Of a stretch of 64,000 nt of DNA, positions 41,206-51,106 are shown in pieces. The number at the start of each line of letters is the position of its first letter. Position 1 is the first letter of the stretch. The stretch lies in contig CAVPVX010000001.1 of assembly GCA_963709345.1 (NCBI GenBank), positions 160,001 to 224,000 of the forward strand, read 5' to 3'. The stretch is from an uncultured Actinomycetes bacterium. GTDB taxonomy: Bacteria > Actinomycetota > Thermoleophilia > UBA2241. The position numbers were made by a program, and so were the translations under genes. A model generated the notes under the pieces. That model was not told where the DNA came from, searched no databases, and worked only from the letters and a program-made list of their open reading frames with translations.

Positions 41206-41997
41206 ATGGCAGACGGCGTGCAGGCCCGCGAGGTGGCAGCGCAGGTGTACTGGCTACCGCTCGGCAGGGGGCTCCGGGCAGCCAACGTCTACTTCGTCGG
41301 CTCGGCCGACACCTGGTGCCTCGTCGACGCCGGCTGGCCGCGCGACGCAGGGACGATTCTTCGAGCGGCGGACGAGCTGTTCGGCGCGGGGACCCGCCCG
41401 GTCGCCGTGCTGCTCACGCACGACCACCCTGACCACGCCGGAGCCGCTCGCGAGCTCGCACTGGCATGGGGATGCCGGGTGTGGATGCACCCGCTGGAGC
41501 TACCGCTCGCCAGTGCGGACGCAGAGGCGATCCGCCGCTACGCCGGTCCGCTCGACCGGTCGATCATCCTGCCGTTGCTGCGCCTCATGGGGAGGCGGCG
41601 GATGCAGGCGATCCTCGCCAAGAACAGCCTCGCGGACGTGGCGGCGGCGCTCGACCCGGCCGCACCTGTGCCCGGCCTCCCGGAGTGGGAGGTACTCCCC
41701 ACGCCCGGACATACGCCTGGTCACGTGGCCTATGTGCGCAGCGAGGATCGCGTCGTGATCACGGGCGATGCTCTCGTGACCGTCGACCTCAACTCAGTGC
41801 GCGGCATCGTCCGCCGGGAGCCCACGCTTGCCGGGCCGCCGTGGTACACCACCTGGAGCTGGCCGGCGGCGAAGGCCTCAGCCGCGGCCGTCGCGGAGCT
41901 CGCGCCGCGAGTGGTCGCCGGCGGCCACGGTGCACCGCTCTCGGGCCCGGACGTCGACGCGAAGCTCAGCGCGTTCCTCACGGCCGCACGACGCTGA
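41206..41997 (+). CDS. MBL-fold metallo-hydrolase
   Basis: LVDAG, THDHPDHAG, TPGHTPGH, TGDA, GHG. Confidence 0.92.
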   Translation: MADGVQAREVAAQVYWLPLGRGLRAANVYFVGSADTWCLVDAGWPRDAGTILRAADELFGAGTRPVAVLLTHDHPDHAGAARELALAWGCRVWMHPLELPLASADAEAIRRYAGPLDRSIILPLLRLMGRRRMQAILAKNSLADVAAALDPAAPVPGLPEWEVLPTPGHTPGHVAYVRSEDRVVITGDALVTVDLNSVRGIVRREPTLAGPPWYTTWSWPAAKASAAAVAELAPRVVAGGHGAPLSGPDVDAKLSAFLTAARR

Positions 41998-42209
41998 CGG
42001 CGCAGAGGCGCGCAACGCCTCCAGCCGCCGGTTCGTCGCGGCCGCCCGCACCGCGGCCTCGCGTAGCACGCACTTCCTCCGCGAGATCCTCGACCCGACC
42101 TGAGGCGCAGTACGACGAAGGGTGAAGGCCTCGAAGACCCGGGGGACGAAGCACGGGGCTTCAGCGGTTCTGACGCCTGTGTCGGGCTACCGGCGTCTGC
42201 GGCGCCGCC

Positions 42210-42788
42210 GTGGGCACGCCCGTGGCCGGGCCCCTCCTCTGCCTCGTCACCCTCGGCGTGCGCCGCGGGGAACTTCTCGGCCTCACCTGGGACGACGTCG
42301 ACTTCGATGCTGCTCAGGTCGCAGTACGGCGCACGCTGGAGGAATCCTCATCCGGCGTCATGCTCAAGCAGCCGAAGACGGTGTGCGCCACCCGCACGCT
42401 CGCCTTGCACGAAGTCACGGCCGAGGCCCTGCGTGAGCATCGGCGCGCGCAGCGGGAGATGAGGCTGCGCCACGGCCCTCGCTACAACGTCAAGAAACTC
42501 GTCTTCTCCGGAGCGGACGGTGAACCCTGGTGGAGCTCGAACTTCGCTCGCGCCTGCCGACGCGTCTTCGATGACGCCGGCCTCTTCCGCTCACGGCTGC
42601 ACGACCTACGGCATACGCACGCGACGATGCTGCTGCGCGCCGGGGTGCACCCCAGGGTGGTCAGCGAGCGCCTCGGACACAGCTCGATCTCGATGACTCT
42701 GGACACGTTTTCGCACGTGATGCCGGGGATGCAAGCGGAGGCCGCAGAGCGCATAGACCAGAGCATGCGAGCTGCACTCCCCGGATGA
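42210..42788 (+). pseudogene. Tyrosine recombinase/integrase catalytic-domain remnant (catalytic Tyr to Phe)
   Basis: GVRRGELLGLTWDDVD, PKT, HDLRHTHAT, ERLGH, TLDTFSHV; N-terminal domains absent. Confidence 0.85.
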
Positions 42789-43119
42789 CCCGCTGTGGCC
42801 CCGGTGGGGATGCGCGCCCCAGGCGCAACACCGTACCACAGGCTCAAGAGGGCCGGTAAGGCAGCCTTTGAGAGAGGCAACATGTCGCCACAGCCCCGGC
42901 ATGGTGCTCCGCATGGCGCAGACCCCCGGTCGTTGGCGGCCCGCCGGGGGAGCTGTTGCGACCTGCAGTTGTACACGCAGCGCTTCCATGGCGGCGGGAG
43001 GACGACGCACGACTGCCGGCAGAGACCCAAGCGACCTAGCGACCGAGGCGACCACTCTCCACCCCGTGCGGGCGCACGTCTCCAACCCGCGTATGACGAC
43101 GCTCGACACCCGGAGCCCC

Positions 43120-43153
43120 AAAAGGGGCGAGGCCCCGGAGGGCCGGGGCCTCG
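43120..43153 (-). terminator. Putative intrinsic terminator
   Basis: 11-bp stem cgaggccccgg/ccggggcctcg with a short T-run on the minus strand. Confidence 0.5.
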
Positions 43154-43384
43154 TACAAGGGCTTGGGGGGAAACCCTCGCTTTGGGGGGGTCTATCGCTT
43201 GCCAGCGAAAGGAGCCACTCACATCCTGCCCGGTGAATGTTGCGAGCCTGTGAAGGGGACGCGAACGAGTGCGAAGACATCGGTGACTCCGGAGCGACAG
43301 GACCGCGTTCCGCACGACCCCAGCGGATCCGGCTGGGAGCGCGCCCGCTGATGCCATGGCGGCCGCGCCGCCAGCTCGACTGCC

Positions 43385-43715
43385 CGGCGATCGCCCGGTC
43401 CGCCGATGCTCAACCCGACCAGGTAGTGGTTCTCGGCGAGGGACGCCGCCCACTCGTCGTCGAGCAGCACGCCGTTGGTCCGGATGGTGCACTCGACCGC
43501 CACGCCTCGAGGCACGTGGGCTGCCTCGACCGCCCCGTCCCGTCAGAAGAAGTCGAGGCCCATGAGCATCGGCACACCGCCCTGCCAGGCGCCGGTCACC
43601 TGCAGGACACGCTGGACGTCCACGGTCTGTGCGATGGAGGCCTCCATGACCTCGTCCGTCATGCGGAAGTCGCCGCCCGGGTGCAGACGGTCCTTCTCGA
43701 GAAAGAAGCAGTGGC
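43385..43715 (-). pseudogene. Anaerobic sulfatase maturase (radical SAM) remnant
   Basis: CGHCFFLEKDRL.PG..FRM, WQGG..LMGLDFF*, TNGVLLDDEW, YLVGLSI. Confidence 0.7.
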
Positions 43716-43722
43716 CACAGCG

Positions 43723-44970
43723 TCAGCCCTGCGGCATCACGCCGTCGAGCCACTCGTACATCCGCAGGTCGTAGAGGCTTCGGGCCTTGGGCTCGCAGTG
43801 CCAGGCCGCGCCTTCGTCCCGCTTGAACGGCATCAGCTTCACCGGGCAGGTGAGCTTGCCGGCGAGCTCCTGGGACTGCCCGGGCCAGAACTGCTCGTCG
43901 TCGGGGTCGGCGATGAACATCGGGCAGGTGATCTGCTCGACCACGTCGCGCAGATTGAACTTCCGCGACGCCGCGTACCACTCGTAGTAACTGGTCGTGC
44001 CGTAGGGCTTCATCCGCCACTTGACCTCCTGAAGGGCGGCCGAGGGCGCGGCCTTCAGGCCCTGGTCGAAGTACGTGTCGAAATCGGCCTTGTCGCCGGC
44101 GTCCAGGAGCGGCAGCATCTCCGGCGGCAGGCTCTTGCTCATGATCGTGAAGACGTCCATGACGCCGGGGTCGGCGATGCCGGCCGCGATTCGGTGCTCG
44201 AACGCCAGGGCGCGCGGCACCCAGTAGCCGCCCTGGCTGAGACCGGAGAGGGCGATGCGCGCAGGGTCGATGTCGTCGCGCGCCACCAGCAGGTCGACGA
44301 TCGGCGTGATGACCTTCTCCCAGTCGTAGCGCCAGGGGACGTCGTGCAGCCACAGCATGCTGTTCTGCCCGGGGCCGTCAAAGACGAGCGCGGCGTAGCC
44401 GCGCGCCAGGGCGCCCGCGGCCCCGGACGACCACATGATGCTGGTGGCACCGTCGCTGCCGTTGTTGAAGATGACGACCGGCAGCTTACCGGTGGCGCCG
44501 CGTGGTCGGAAGAGCCAGCCCGGCATGGGGACGTCGGCGTCCGGGCATGGGATCTCGACCCTCTCAGCCGGTGGATCGAGTCGGGCGCAGAACGACTCCC
44601 AGCAGGCCAGATGCTGCTTCCAGGCCGGGAGTTGCCGGGAGGGGTCGTCGGTGCCGTCGATGAAGAGGACCGAGTTGGCATAGTAGTTGGCGGCCCGCAG
44701 ATAGGCGGCCCGGGCGCTCACGTCGTGGCCGGCCGCGGCAGAAGCATCGGCCAGGCCGCGGACGCGTTCCGCGGTGGCGCGCCACGCCCCGTACCAGCTC
44801 TCGAAGTCCCCGTCCGTGATGCCGTCGACCACCGCGAGGATCTCGCCGGTGTCCGACCCTCCGTAGTAGCTGCGGCCGAGGATCGCCTGGATCTGGTAGT
44901 CCATCTCCTCGTGCTGGAGGAAGTAGTGCCTGGCGCCCGTGGTCTGCGTCCCGCCGGTCTTGTCCGCCAT
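43723..44970 (-). CDS. Alpha/beta hydrolase (S9/FrsA-like)
   Basis: GSDG, FDGPGQ, GLSQGGY nucleophile elbow, GAAWHCE. Confidence 0.9.
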   Translation of the reverse strand: MADKTGGTQTTGARHYFLQHEEMDYQIQAILGRSYYGGSDTGEILAVVDGITDGDFESWYGAWRATAERVRGLADASAAAGHDVSARAAYLRAANYYANSVLFIDGTDDPSRQLPAWKQHLACWESFCARLDPPAERVEIPCPDADVPMPGWLFRPRGATGKLPVVIFNNGSDGATSIMWSSGAAGALARGYAALVFDGPGQNSMLWLHDVPWRYDWEKVITPIVDLLVARDDIDPARIALSGLSQGGYWVPRALAFEHRIAAGIADPGVMDVFTIMSKSLPPEMLPLLDAGDKADFDTYFDQGLKAAPSAALQEVKWRMKPYGTTSYYEWYAASRKFNLRDVVEQITCPMFIADPDDEQFWPGQSQELAGKLTCPVKLMPFKRDEGAAWHCEPKARSLYDLRMYEWLDGVMPQG

Positions 44971-45235
44971 CGTGACTCCCGTCGGCCGTTGGTCCCGTGC
45001 GACTCTCTTCGGACGCGGCGTCGTCCTTCTTGAGCCACACCGTGAACTCCGCCGGGACAATCGCGGGCCACGTCCGGGCGCCGTCCCCGCAGATTGACAC
45101 TGTACCAACGGTGTTCACGAGTCCGGCCTGGGGAGATTGATTGAGACCTCGTGAATGAGGTCGGCAGATTCCAACCGCGCAGCCACAGCGTCGGAACGGG
45201 GCAACAGCGCCGGCGCCGAGAGGTGAGGTGTCACC

Positions 45236-45604
45236 ATGAAGATTTCAGCACAACGCCGGGCGAGTCCCGGCGTCGTCGCAGCCACGGGCTCCTCGTCGGC
45301 CGCGGGTACTGCCGGCCGCGGTGGGGTCACGGCTTTCGCCGCGTCCACGCCATCCGCCGGCACCCAGGGCAGGGGCGGCATCGCATCCGTCCCGGCGACC
45401 ACAGCGGGCGTCGCCGCCCAGGCGCAGCCCACGTCGTCCGGTTCCTCGGGCACCACGACATGGATCTGGGTCGGCGTGGCGCTGGCCGTCCTGGCCGGCA
45501 GCGTCGCGGCGTGGGCCGTCTTCCGTCGCCGCCGCGCACAAGGGGAGCCGTCGTCGGAGTACTGCTCGACGCATCCCGACGACGCGCTCTGCCGAGCGGC
45601 CTGA
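45236..45604 (+). CDS. Hypothetical small membrane protein or fragment
   Basis: Thr/Ser linker, TM segment, RRRR, then EYCSTHPDDALC. Confidence 0.4.
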   Translation: MKISAQRRASPGVVAATGSSSAAGTAGRGGVTAFAASTPSAGTQGRGGIASVPATTAGVAAQAQPTSSGSSGTTTWIWVGVALAVLAGSVAAWAVFRRRRAQGEPSSEYCSTHPDDALCRAA

Positions 45605-45744
45605 CAGGCGTGCGGAGAGGGCGCGGTCGGTGGAGAAGAGCTGAAAGCCACGACCGCCCGGCGAGGACGGACGGCCGAGGAGCGACTCGGCCTGGGCCCT
45701 CCAGCGTGCCTCCATCGGGCGCGCCCAGCTCGTGGTGGGGCTCC

Positions 45745-45990
45745 CCGGCGCCGCTGCGCTTGGCCTCGTACATCAGACCGTCCGCCTGCTGAATGAGATC
45801 GTCGAGGGAGACCTCGGCGCTGGGGTCGACCGCGACGATGCCGTGGCTCAGGCTGAGCCGGAACGGCCGCCATGCGCTGCCGTTGCGCTCGCCGAGGGCC
45901 TGCTCAAGGCGGCCGAGGAGACTCCACACGGCCCCTGCATCGGCCTCTACGACGAGCGCCACGAACTCGCCGCCGCCCGCGCCCCTCGCA
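45745..45990 (-). pseudogene. GGDEF domain C-terminal remnant
   Basis: GGGEFVAL, LSLSHG, ADGLMYEAKRSG. Confidence 0.7.
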
Positions 45991-46045
45991 TCCAACCCCG
46001 TCTGGACCCAGGCCGTGCCGGCCAAGCGCCAGCACAACCACGTAT

Positions 46046-46117
46046 GGGTTGCAGAATGATTGCAGATCGGGGCTTCGGGCGGAGGGTCTGGCGAGACGCG
46101 AAATCGCTGCAAATCGC
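46046..46117. mobile_element. attL-like element end adjoining the tRNA-Ile 3' end
   Basis: gggttgcagaatgattgcaga repeat; cgcgaaatcgctgcaaatc resembles cgcgatttcgctgcacatc beside the 24969 fragment. Confidence 0.6.
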
Positions 46118-46194
<77 letters not shown>

Positions 46195-46206
46195 ACAGGG
46201 GTCTGG

Positions 46207-46235
46207 AGTCTACGAGCGCGGCGGCGAGGCGTCAA
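46207..46235 (-). promoter_or_regulatory. Housekeeping-sigma promoter of tRNA-Ile
   Basis: TTGACG-17 bp-TAGACT. Confidence 0.75.
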
Positions 46236-46309
46236 CCGCGCGAGGGCCGCGCCGGTAGCGCGTTCCACGGGGTCCTGCATCCGGATGCGGCGCCGGTGCA
46301 CCGCAGGAC

Positions 46310-47935
46310 TCAGCGCACATCCCACACGTGCACGACGGAGTCGTCGCCGTCGGCCAGCGGCTCCAGGACGAACAGGCGGCTGTGGGCGCGGTCGAAGGCG
46401 ATGGCGCCCACGTGGTACTTCTGCTGGTCCGAGCGTACCGCGAAGAGATAGTCGTCGATGGGCAGGCTCGCGTAGGGCTGCGGCCGGTCGGGATCGAGCG
46501 ACCTGGCGGCGATCGCCGCCAGGTCCGCCGGGTCGTAGAAGAGCAGCTCGCCGAAGAAGGAGTTGCTCCACCAGCCACGGTCGCCGTCCGGCGGCACCGG
46601 CGGGTACGGCGGTTCGTCCGGCCACACAGTGCCGTCGGAGAAGCCGTACCAGCAGTCGCCGGTGCCCTTGGTGCCGGCGAAGATCACCGCGGAGCGGCCG
46701 GCGGCGGAGCCGTCTCCGGCCGTGACCCACGCCGCGCCGGACCACTCGTCGCTGTGGTGGTAGCCGGCGAGGATGTGCTCCTCGCCGTTCCAGACGTTGT
46801 CATACAGCAGCAGCGGCAGCGCCGGCACAGTCCCCCCCGCGGGAGTGGAGTCGACCGCGGCCGGCGAGAACAGCAGTATCGACGGGCCCATCGTGCCCTG
46901 GCCGCCGTCGCGAAAGCGCCCGGTCGCGAGCGACTTGCCGGGCGCGTGCTCCGCCGCCCACTCCGGGTCAACGGAGAAGAGGTAGTCGCAGGTGATGAAG
47001 TCCTCGTAGCCGCCGACGGACCAGGGTCCCTGCGGGTCCGGAGCGGAGAGGTCGAGCCCGCACCACATGTGCGTCGCGTTCGCCTCGCCCAGCTGCATGT
47101 GCCGTCCCCACCCCATGAAGAGGCGTCCCTCGGCGTGTCCGCCCCCGGGCGCGACGTACTCGAGGTCGGCGCGCCGGATCTCCTCCCCGAGGTCGGGGTA
47201 CAGATCACCGCGGACGTTCGCGAACGGCTGCAACGTGCGCGCCCGCGGCAGGTCCGCCGGATCCTTGTCGGCGGAGACGACGGGCGCGGGAATGCTCACC
47301 TCGCTCAGATCATGCTGCCAGTCGTGGCCGATGCCGAAGAGCGAGCCGGGGTAGCCGTCGACGTCACCCCCCGGGTCGCCCTCGGGGTAGTACGTCAGTC
47401 CATCGCCACTCCAGTCCCATGACGACGTCCCGGACGGGCCGGGCAGGCGGAAGGCGCCGGCGTAGACGAGGGCGGCCGGGTCGAGGCGGCCTGCGACCCA
47501 CGGCCCGGGCACCGAAAGCCGCAAGCTGCGGCGACGCACCTGGCCGCGCCAGACGGCTCGGACACGGACGGTGACGGTCTTGCCAGCAAGCGATGCGCCG
47601 AACGTGCGTCTGAACGTCACCCGCCCTGTCCGGCCGGTCGTCTTGGTCCCGCGCGCGACCCGGTCGGGCAGCACCCAGGCGATGTGCACGCGCACATCGC
47701 GCAGCGGCCGGCGGGCGCGATCATGAGCGCGCACGCGTATCGTGACCGCCCGGCCCACGGCCGGAGTGAGCGTGGAGGCCGCGGCCGTCAGCACGAGCCG
47801 CCGCGGCCCGGCGTCGCGCTGCGCCGCGGCGGGCGAGGCGACACCGGCGCCTGCCGCCACCGCCGCGAGGACGCCGGCGGCCGCGGCGGCCAGAGCGACC
47901 GCGACGATCCCTGCTGTCGCTCGCTTGCGTTTCAC
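46310..47935 (-). CDS. Secreted hypothetical protein (Ig-like N-domain plus beta-rich domain)
   Basis: Signal peptide; YAGAFRLP; Trp/Gly/Asp-rich C-terminal domain. Confidence 0.75.
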   Translation of the reverse strand: MKRKRATAGIVAVALAAAAAGVLAAVAAGAGVASPAAAQRDAGPRRLVLTAAASTLTPAVGRAVTIRVRAHDRARRPLRDVRVHIAWVLPDRVARGTKTTGRTGRVTFRRTFGASLAGKTVTVRVRAVWRGQVRRRSLRLSVPGPWVAGRLDPAALVYAGAFRLPGPSGTSSWDWSGDGLTYYPEGDPGGDVDGYPGSLFGIGHDWQHDLSEVSIPAPVVSADKDPADLPRARTLQPFANVRGDLYPDLGEEIRRADLEYVAPGGGHAEGRLFMGWGRHMQLGEANATHMWCGLDLSAPDPQGPWSVGGYEDFITCDYLFSVDPEWAAEHAPGKSLATGRFRDGGQGTMGPSILLFSPAAVDSTPAGGTVPALPLLLYDNVWNGEEHILAGYHHSDEWSGAAWVTAGDGSAAGRSAVIFAGTKGTGDCWYGFSDGTVWPDEPPYPPVPPDGDRGWWSNSFFGELLFYDPADLAAIAARSLDPDRPQPYASLPIDDYLFAVRSDQQKYHVGAIAFDRAHSRLFVLEPLADGDDSVVHVWDVR

Positions 47936-48074
47936 GTCGTCTCCTTCTCACTCCGTGCATCGGCACTCCGCGCCTGCCGCTGAGCGTCCGGCGTTGCCAG
48001 ACCGGCCGACTGCTGTCGGACGTCGTGCCGGAGCACCGCGGCCGCTGCTGAGACGACCCGGACCCCGAGGAGAC

Positions 48075-48540
48075 GTGATTCCTGTACGCAGAAACGAGCG
48101 CAGTGGTCAAGGCGCTGCTCCAAGAGGCCGGCAAGGCCCTCGTCCGTGGCTGGTTCAAACAGGCCGAGCAGGTGGCCTCCAGCGTCGTCACGTACGCGGA
48201 GACGTGCGCCACGCTCAAGAGGAACGGCCGTCTCGGAGGGACTGACCCGGGCAGGATGCGCAGGCAGCCCGCGGAGTCTGACGCACAGTGGCGCGAGTTC
48301 CTGGTCCTGCGTGTCGCGGGACGCGCCGTCGGTCGCATGGCGCTGGTCCACGGGCCGCCGCGGCATGGGCACCGTACAGTTCGGCGCGGCGGTCGCGATC
48401 CGCAAGACGACCGCCATCCACGCGCCCGAGGCCGACGTCGTCGTCGCCGCCTTCGACCGGCGCCTGCTCGAGGCCGCCGAGCGAGAGGGCTTCATCACGC
48501 TCGGCGGTCCGCTCGCGTCGCAGCTCGGGGCGGACGGCGC
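48075..48540 (+). pseudogene. PIN-domain (VapC-like) toxin remnant
   Basis: LYAETSAVVK..QE, TYAE..A, AFDRRLLEAAEREGF across frameshifts. Confidence 0.6.
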
Positions 48541-48627
48541 AGCGTCACGCGGGCGGGCCGCGCAGCCGCTCCCGCCTCTCTTGTCACGTACGGTGTGAGG
48601 TCCCCGGCCTTGCCGTATACTCACTCC

Positions 48628-49257
48628 ATGAGCGAAGTCCAGGAAATGGTCATCTACGGCGTCAGCTTCGACGTCATCGGCAAGCAGCCGATCGTGCTGC
48701 TCAAGACGGTGGAGGGCAATCGCTTCCTCCCCATCTGGATCGGGCACCCCGAAGCCGCCGCCATCCTCATCAAGCTGCAGGGCACCAGCCTCCCGCGGCC
48801 GATGACCCACGACCTGCTCACCAGCGTCATCGGCCAGTTCCACGCTGAGGTCTCGCGCATCACCGTGACCGAGCTCAAGGAGAGCACCTTCTACGCCCGG
48901 CTCACTCTCATGAGAGACGGTGAGGAAGTGGACATCGACTCACGCCCCAGTGACGCCCTGGCCCTCGCCGTGCGCACCGACGCGCCGATCTTCGCCAGCA
49001 CCGAGCTCATCGACGAGAACGCCATCGAGTTCGAGCGCGAGGTCGACGACACCGAGGAGATCATCGAGGGCTTCCGCGACTTTCTCGAAGGCGTCACTCC
49101 AGACGACTTCCGCACCGCCGAGGTCACGGCCGACGACGAGGCCTACGCCATCGACGCCGACGAGGATGAGGACGACGACGAAGAGGACGACGACGAAGAG
49201 GACGACGACGAAGAGGACGAGTTCGACGACAAGGCCGGCGGCGGCCCGCACAACTAG
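48628..49257 (+). CDS. Bifunctional nuclease (DUF151) with acidic tail
   Basis: LPIWIG..EA, PRPMTHDL, DSRPSDALALA; TATACT 6 nt upstream of ATG (leaderless-like). Confidence 0.93.
   Translation: MSEVQEMVIYGVSFDVIGKQPIVLLKTVEGNRFLPIWIGHPEAAAILIKLQGTSLPRPMTHDLLTSVIGQFHAEVSRITVTELKESTFYARLTLMRDGEEVDIDSRPSDALALAVRTDAPIFASTELIDENAIEFEREVDDTEEIIEGFRDFLEGVTPDDFRTAEVTADDEAYAIDADEDEDDDEEDDDEEDDDEEDEFDDKAGGGPHN
49168..49220. repeat. 15-bp tandem repeat (EDDDE x3.5)
   Basis: gaggacgacgacgaa x3 plus a partial copy. Confidence 0.85.
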
Positions 49258-49328
49258 CGCCGGCGCCACTCGCCGCTCTCGCCGGCCCCCCGATTGCGCA
49301 TCCACGACTCCACGACGAAAGGCCCCCC

Positions 49329-49619
49329 GTGAGCACGCCCAACGACGACCCCGTCATCAAGCAGTTCCGCGACCAGATCAGCGACAACGACCTCAAGATC
49401 GTCGACCTGATCAACAAGCGGCTGAAGCTCGTCGACAAGCTCTGGCGCTACAAGGCCGAGCACGGGATCGACATGGAGAGCCCGGAGCGCGAGGAGTGGA
49501 TGCTCACCTTCCTCTCGCGCGCCAACAAGGGGCCGCTTGCGCCGGAGGCGCTCGCGCAGGTGTACAGGGCCATCGTCGAGACGACCAAGGCGGAGGCCAG
49601 GCGGCTCGGGGCCGGCTGA
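49329..49619 (+). CDS. Chorismate mutase type II (AroQ-like)
   Basis: RDQI...D.KIVDLINKR, K, REE motifs. Confidence 0.8.
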   Translation: MSTPNDDPVIKQFRDQISDNDLKIVDLINKRLKLVDKLWRYKAEHGIDMESPEREEWMLTFLSRANKGPLAPEALAQVYRAIVETTKAEARRLGAG

Positions 49620-49643
49620 GGCGCGCAGCGCCCCGCCCGGCCT

Positions 49644-51089
49644 TCAGCCCTTGAGCACGCCGAGCGGCCGCAGGCGCGCGACCTTGCGCGAGAGGCCGAT
49701 TGCGTCCACGACGGCGACGACGTCGGCCACGTCCTTGTAGGCGAACGGCGCCTCTTCGGCCAGCAGGCCGACCGACGCCGATTTCACCACGATGCCGCGC
49801 TCCTCCAGCTCGCGGCGCACATCCGGCCCACTCCTGACCTTGCGCGCCGCGTGGCGCGAGAGCGTACGGCCGGCGCCGTGGCACGTCGAACCGAAGCTCT
49901 CGGTCATCGCCGTCTCGGTGCCGGCGAGCAGCCAGCTCTCGCTGCCCATGTCACCGGGGATGATCACCGGCTGGCCGATGGCCCGGTAGTCCGAAGGCAC
50001 CTCGGGGCGACCGGGGCCGAAGGCCCGCGTCGCCCCCTTGCGGTGCACCCACACCGAGCGGTGGCGGCCGTCGACGACGTGGGTCTCCTTCTTCGCGATG
50101 TTGTGCGCCACGTCGTACACGAGTTCCACGCCGAGACGCTCCCAGCTGCTCCGGAACACCTGCTCGAAGGCCCCGCGGACCTCGTGCAGCATCATCTGCC
50201 GGTTGGCGAAGGCGAAGTTGCAGGCGCAGGCCATGGCCACCAGGTACTCTCGGGCCTCGGGCGAGCCGAGCGGCGCGCAGGCGAGCTGCCTGTCGGGCAG
50301 CTCGATGCCGGCGCGCGCCGCCGCGCTCGCCATCCGAGCCACGTGGTCGGTGCAGATCTGGTGGCCGAACCCGCGCGAACCGGAGTGGATCATCACGACC
50401 ACCTGGCCGGCGGCGACACCGAAGGCCCTCGCCGCCTTTTCGTCCACCACCTCGTCCACGAACTGGATCTCGAGGAAGTGGTTGCCCGAGCCCAGACTGC
50501 CGACCTGCAGGCGGCCGCGCTCCATGGCCCGACGGCTCACGACGCGCGCGTCGGCGCCCAGCAGCATCCCGTTCTCCTCAGTGTGCTCGAGGTCGCGCTC
50601 CGTCGCGAGACCCCGCGCCGCCAGATACGCGGCTCCGCCTTCGGCCAGCCGCTCCAGCTCGCCCTCGGCCACATCCAGAGCTCCGCCGCGCCCTGTCCCC
50701 TGCGGCACCCGCCGCATCACCTCGCTCAGGAGCGGCTCGAGCCGCGGCCGGACCTCGTCCACGCCCAGTCCCGTCCGCACCAGGCGCACGCCGCAGTTGA
50801 TGTCGAACCCCACACCGCCCGGCGAGACGACACCGTCGGACGCGTCGAACGCAGCCACGCCTCCGATGGGAAAGCCGTAACCCCAATGGATATCGGGCAT
50901 CGCGATGCTGGCTGTGACGATGCCCGGCAGGGTCGCGACGTTGGCGACCTGCTGCAGCGCCTCCTCATGCCCGGCCTGCTCGAAGAGGCTGGGGTGCCCG
51001 TACACGCGGCCGGGCACGCGCATCGCACCCTCGGCCGGGATCTCCCAGGTGAACTCGCCTGTGCGCTCGACGCGCATCGTCGCCGGCAC
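49644..51089 (-). CDS. rtcB: RtcB family RNA ligase
   Basis: MPDIHWGYGFPIGG, GFDINCG, GSLGSGNHF, HSGSRG, HN, HRKGAT, HGAGR, EEAP.AYK. Confidence 0.96.
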   Translation of the reverse strand: MPATMRVERTGEFTWEIPAEGAMRVPGRVYGHPSLFEQAGHEEALQQVANVATLPGIVTASIAMPDIHWGYGFPIGGVAAFDASDGVVSPGGVGFDINCGVRLVRTGLGVDEVRPRLEPLLSEVMRRVPQGTGRGGALDVAEGELERLAEGGAAYLAARGLATERDLEHTEENGMLLGADARVVSRRAMERGRLQVGSLGSGNHFLEIQFVDEVVDEKAARAFGVAAGQVVVMIHSGSRGFGHQICTDHVARMASAAARAGIELPDRQLACAPLGSPEAREYLVAMACACNFAFANRQMMLHEVRGAFEQVFRSSWERLGVELVYDVAHNIAKKETHVVDGRHRSVWVHRKGATRAFGPGRPEVPSDYRAIGQPVIIPGDMGSESWLLAGTETAMTESFGSTCHGAGRTLSRHAARKVRSGPDVRRELEERGIVVKSASVGLLAEEAPFAYKDVADVVAVVDAIGLSRKVARLRPLGVLKG

Positions 51090-51106
51090 CCCCCTCCGCC
51101 CGGCCC

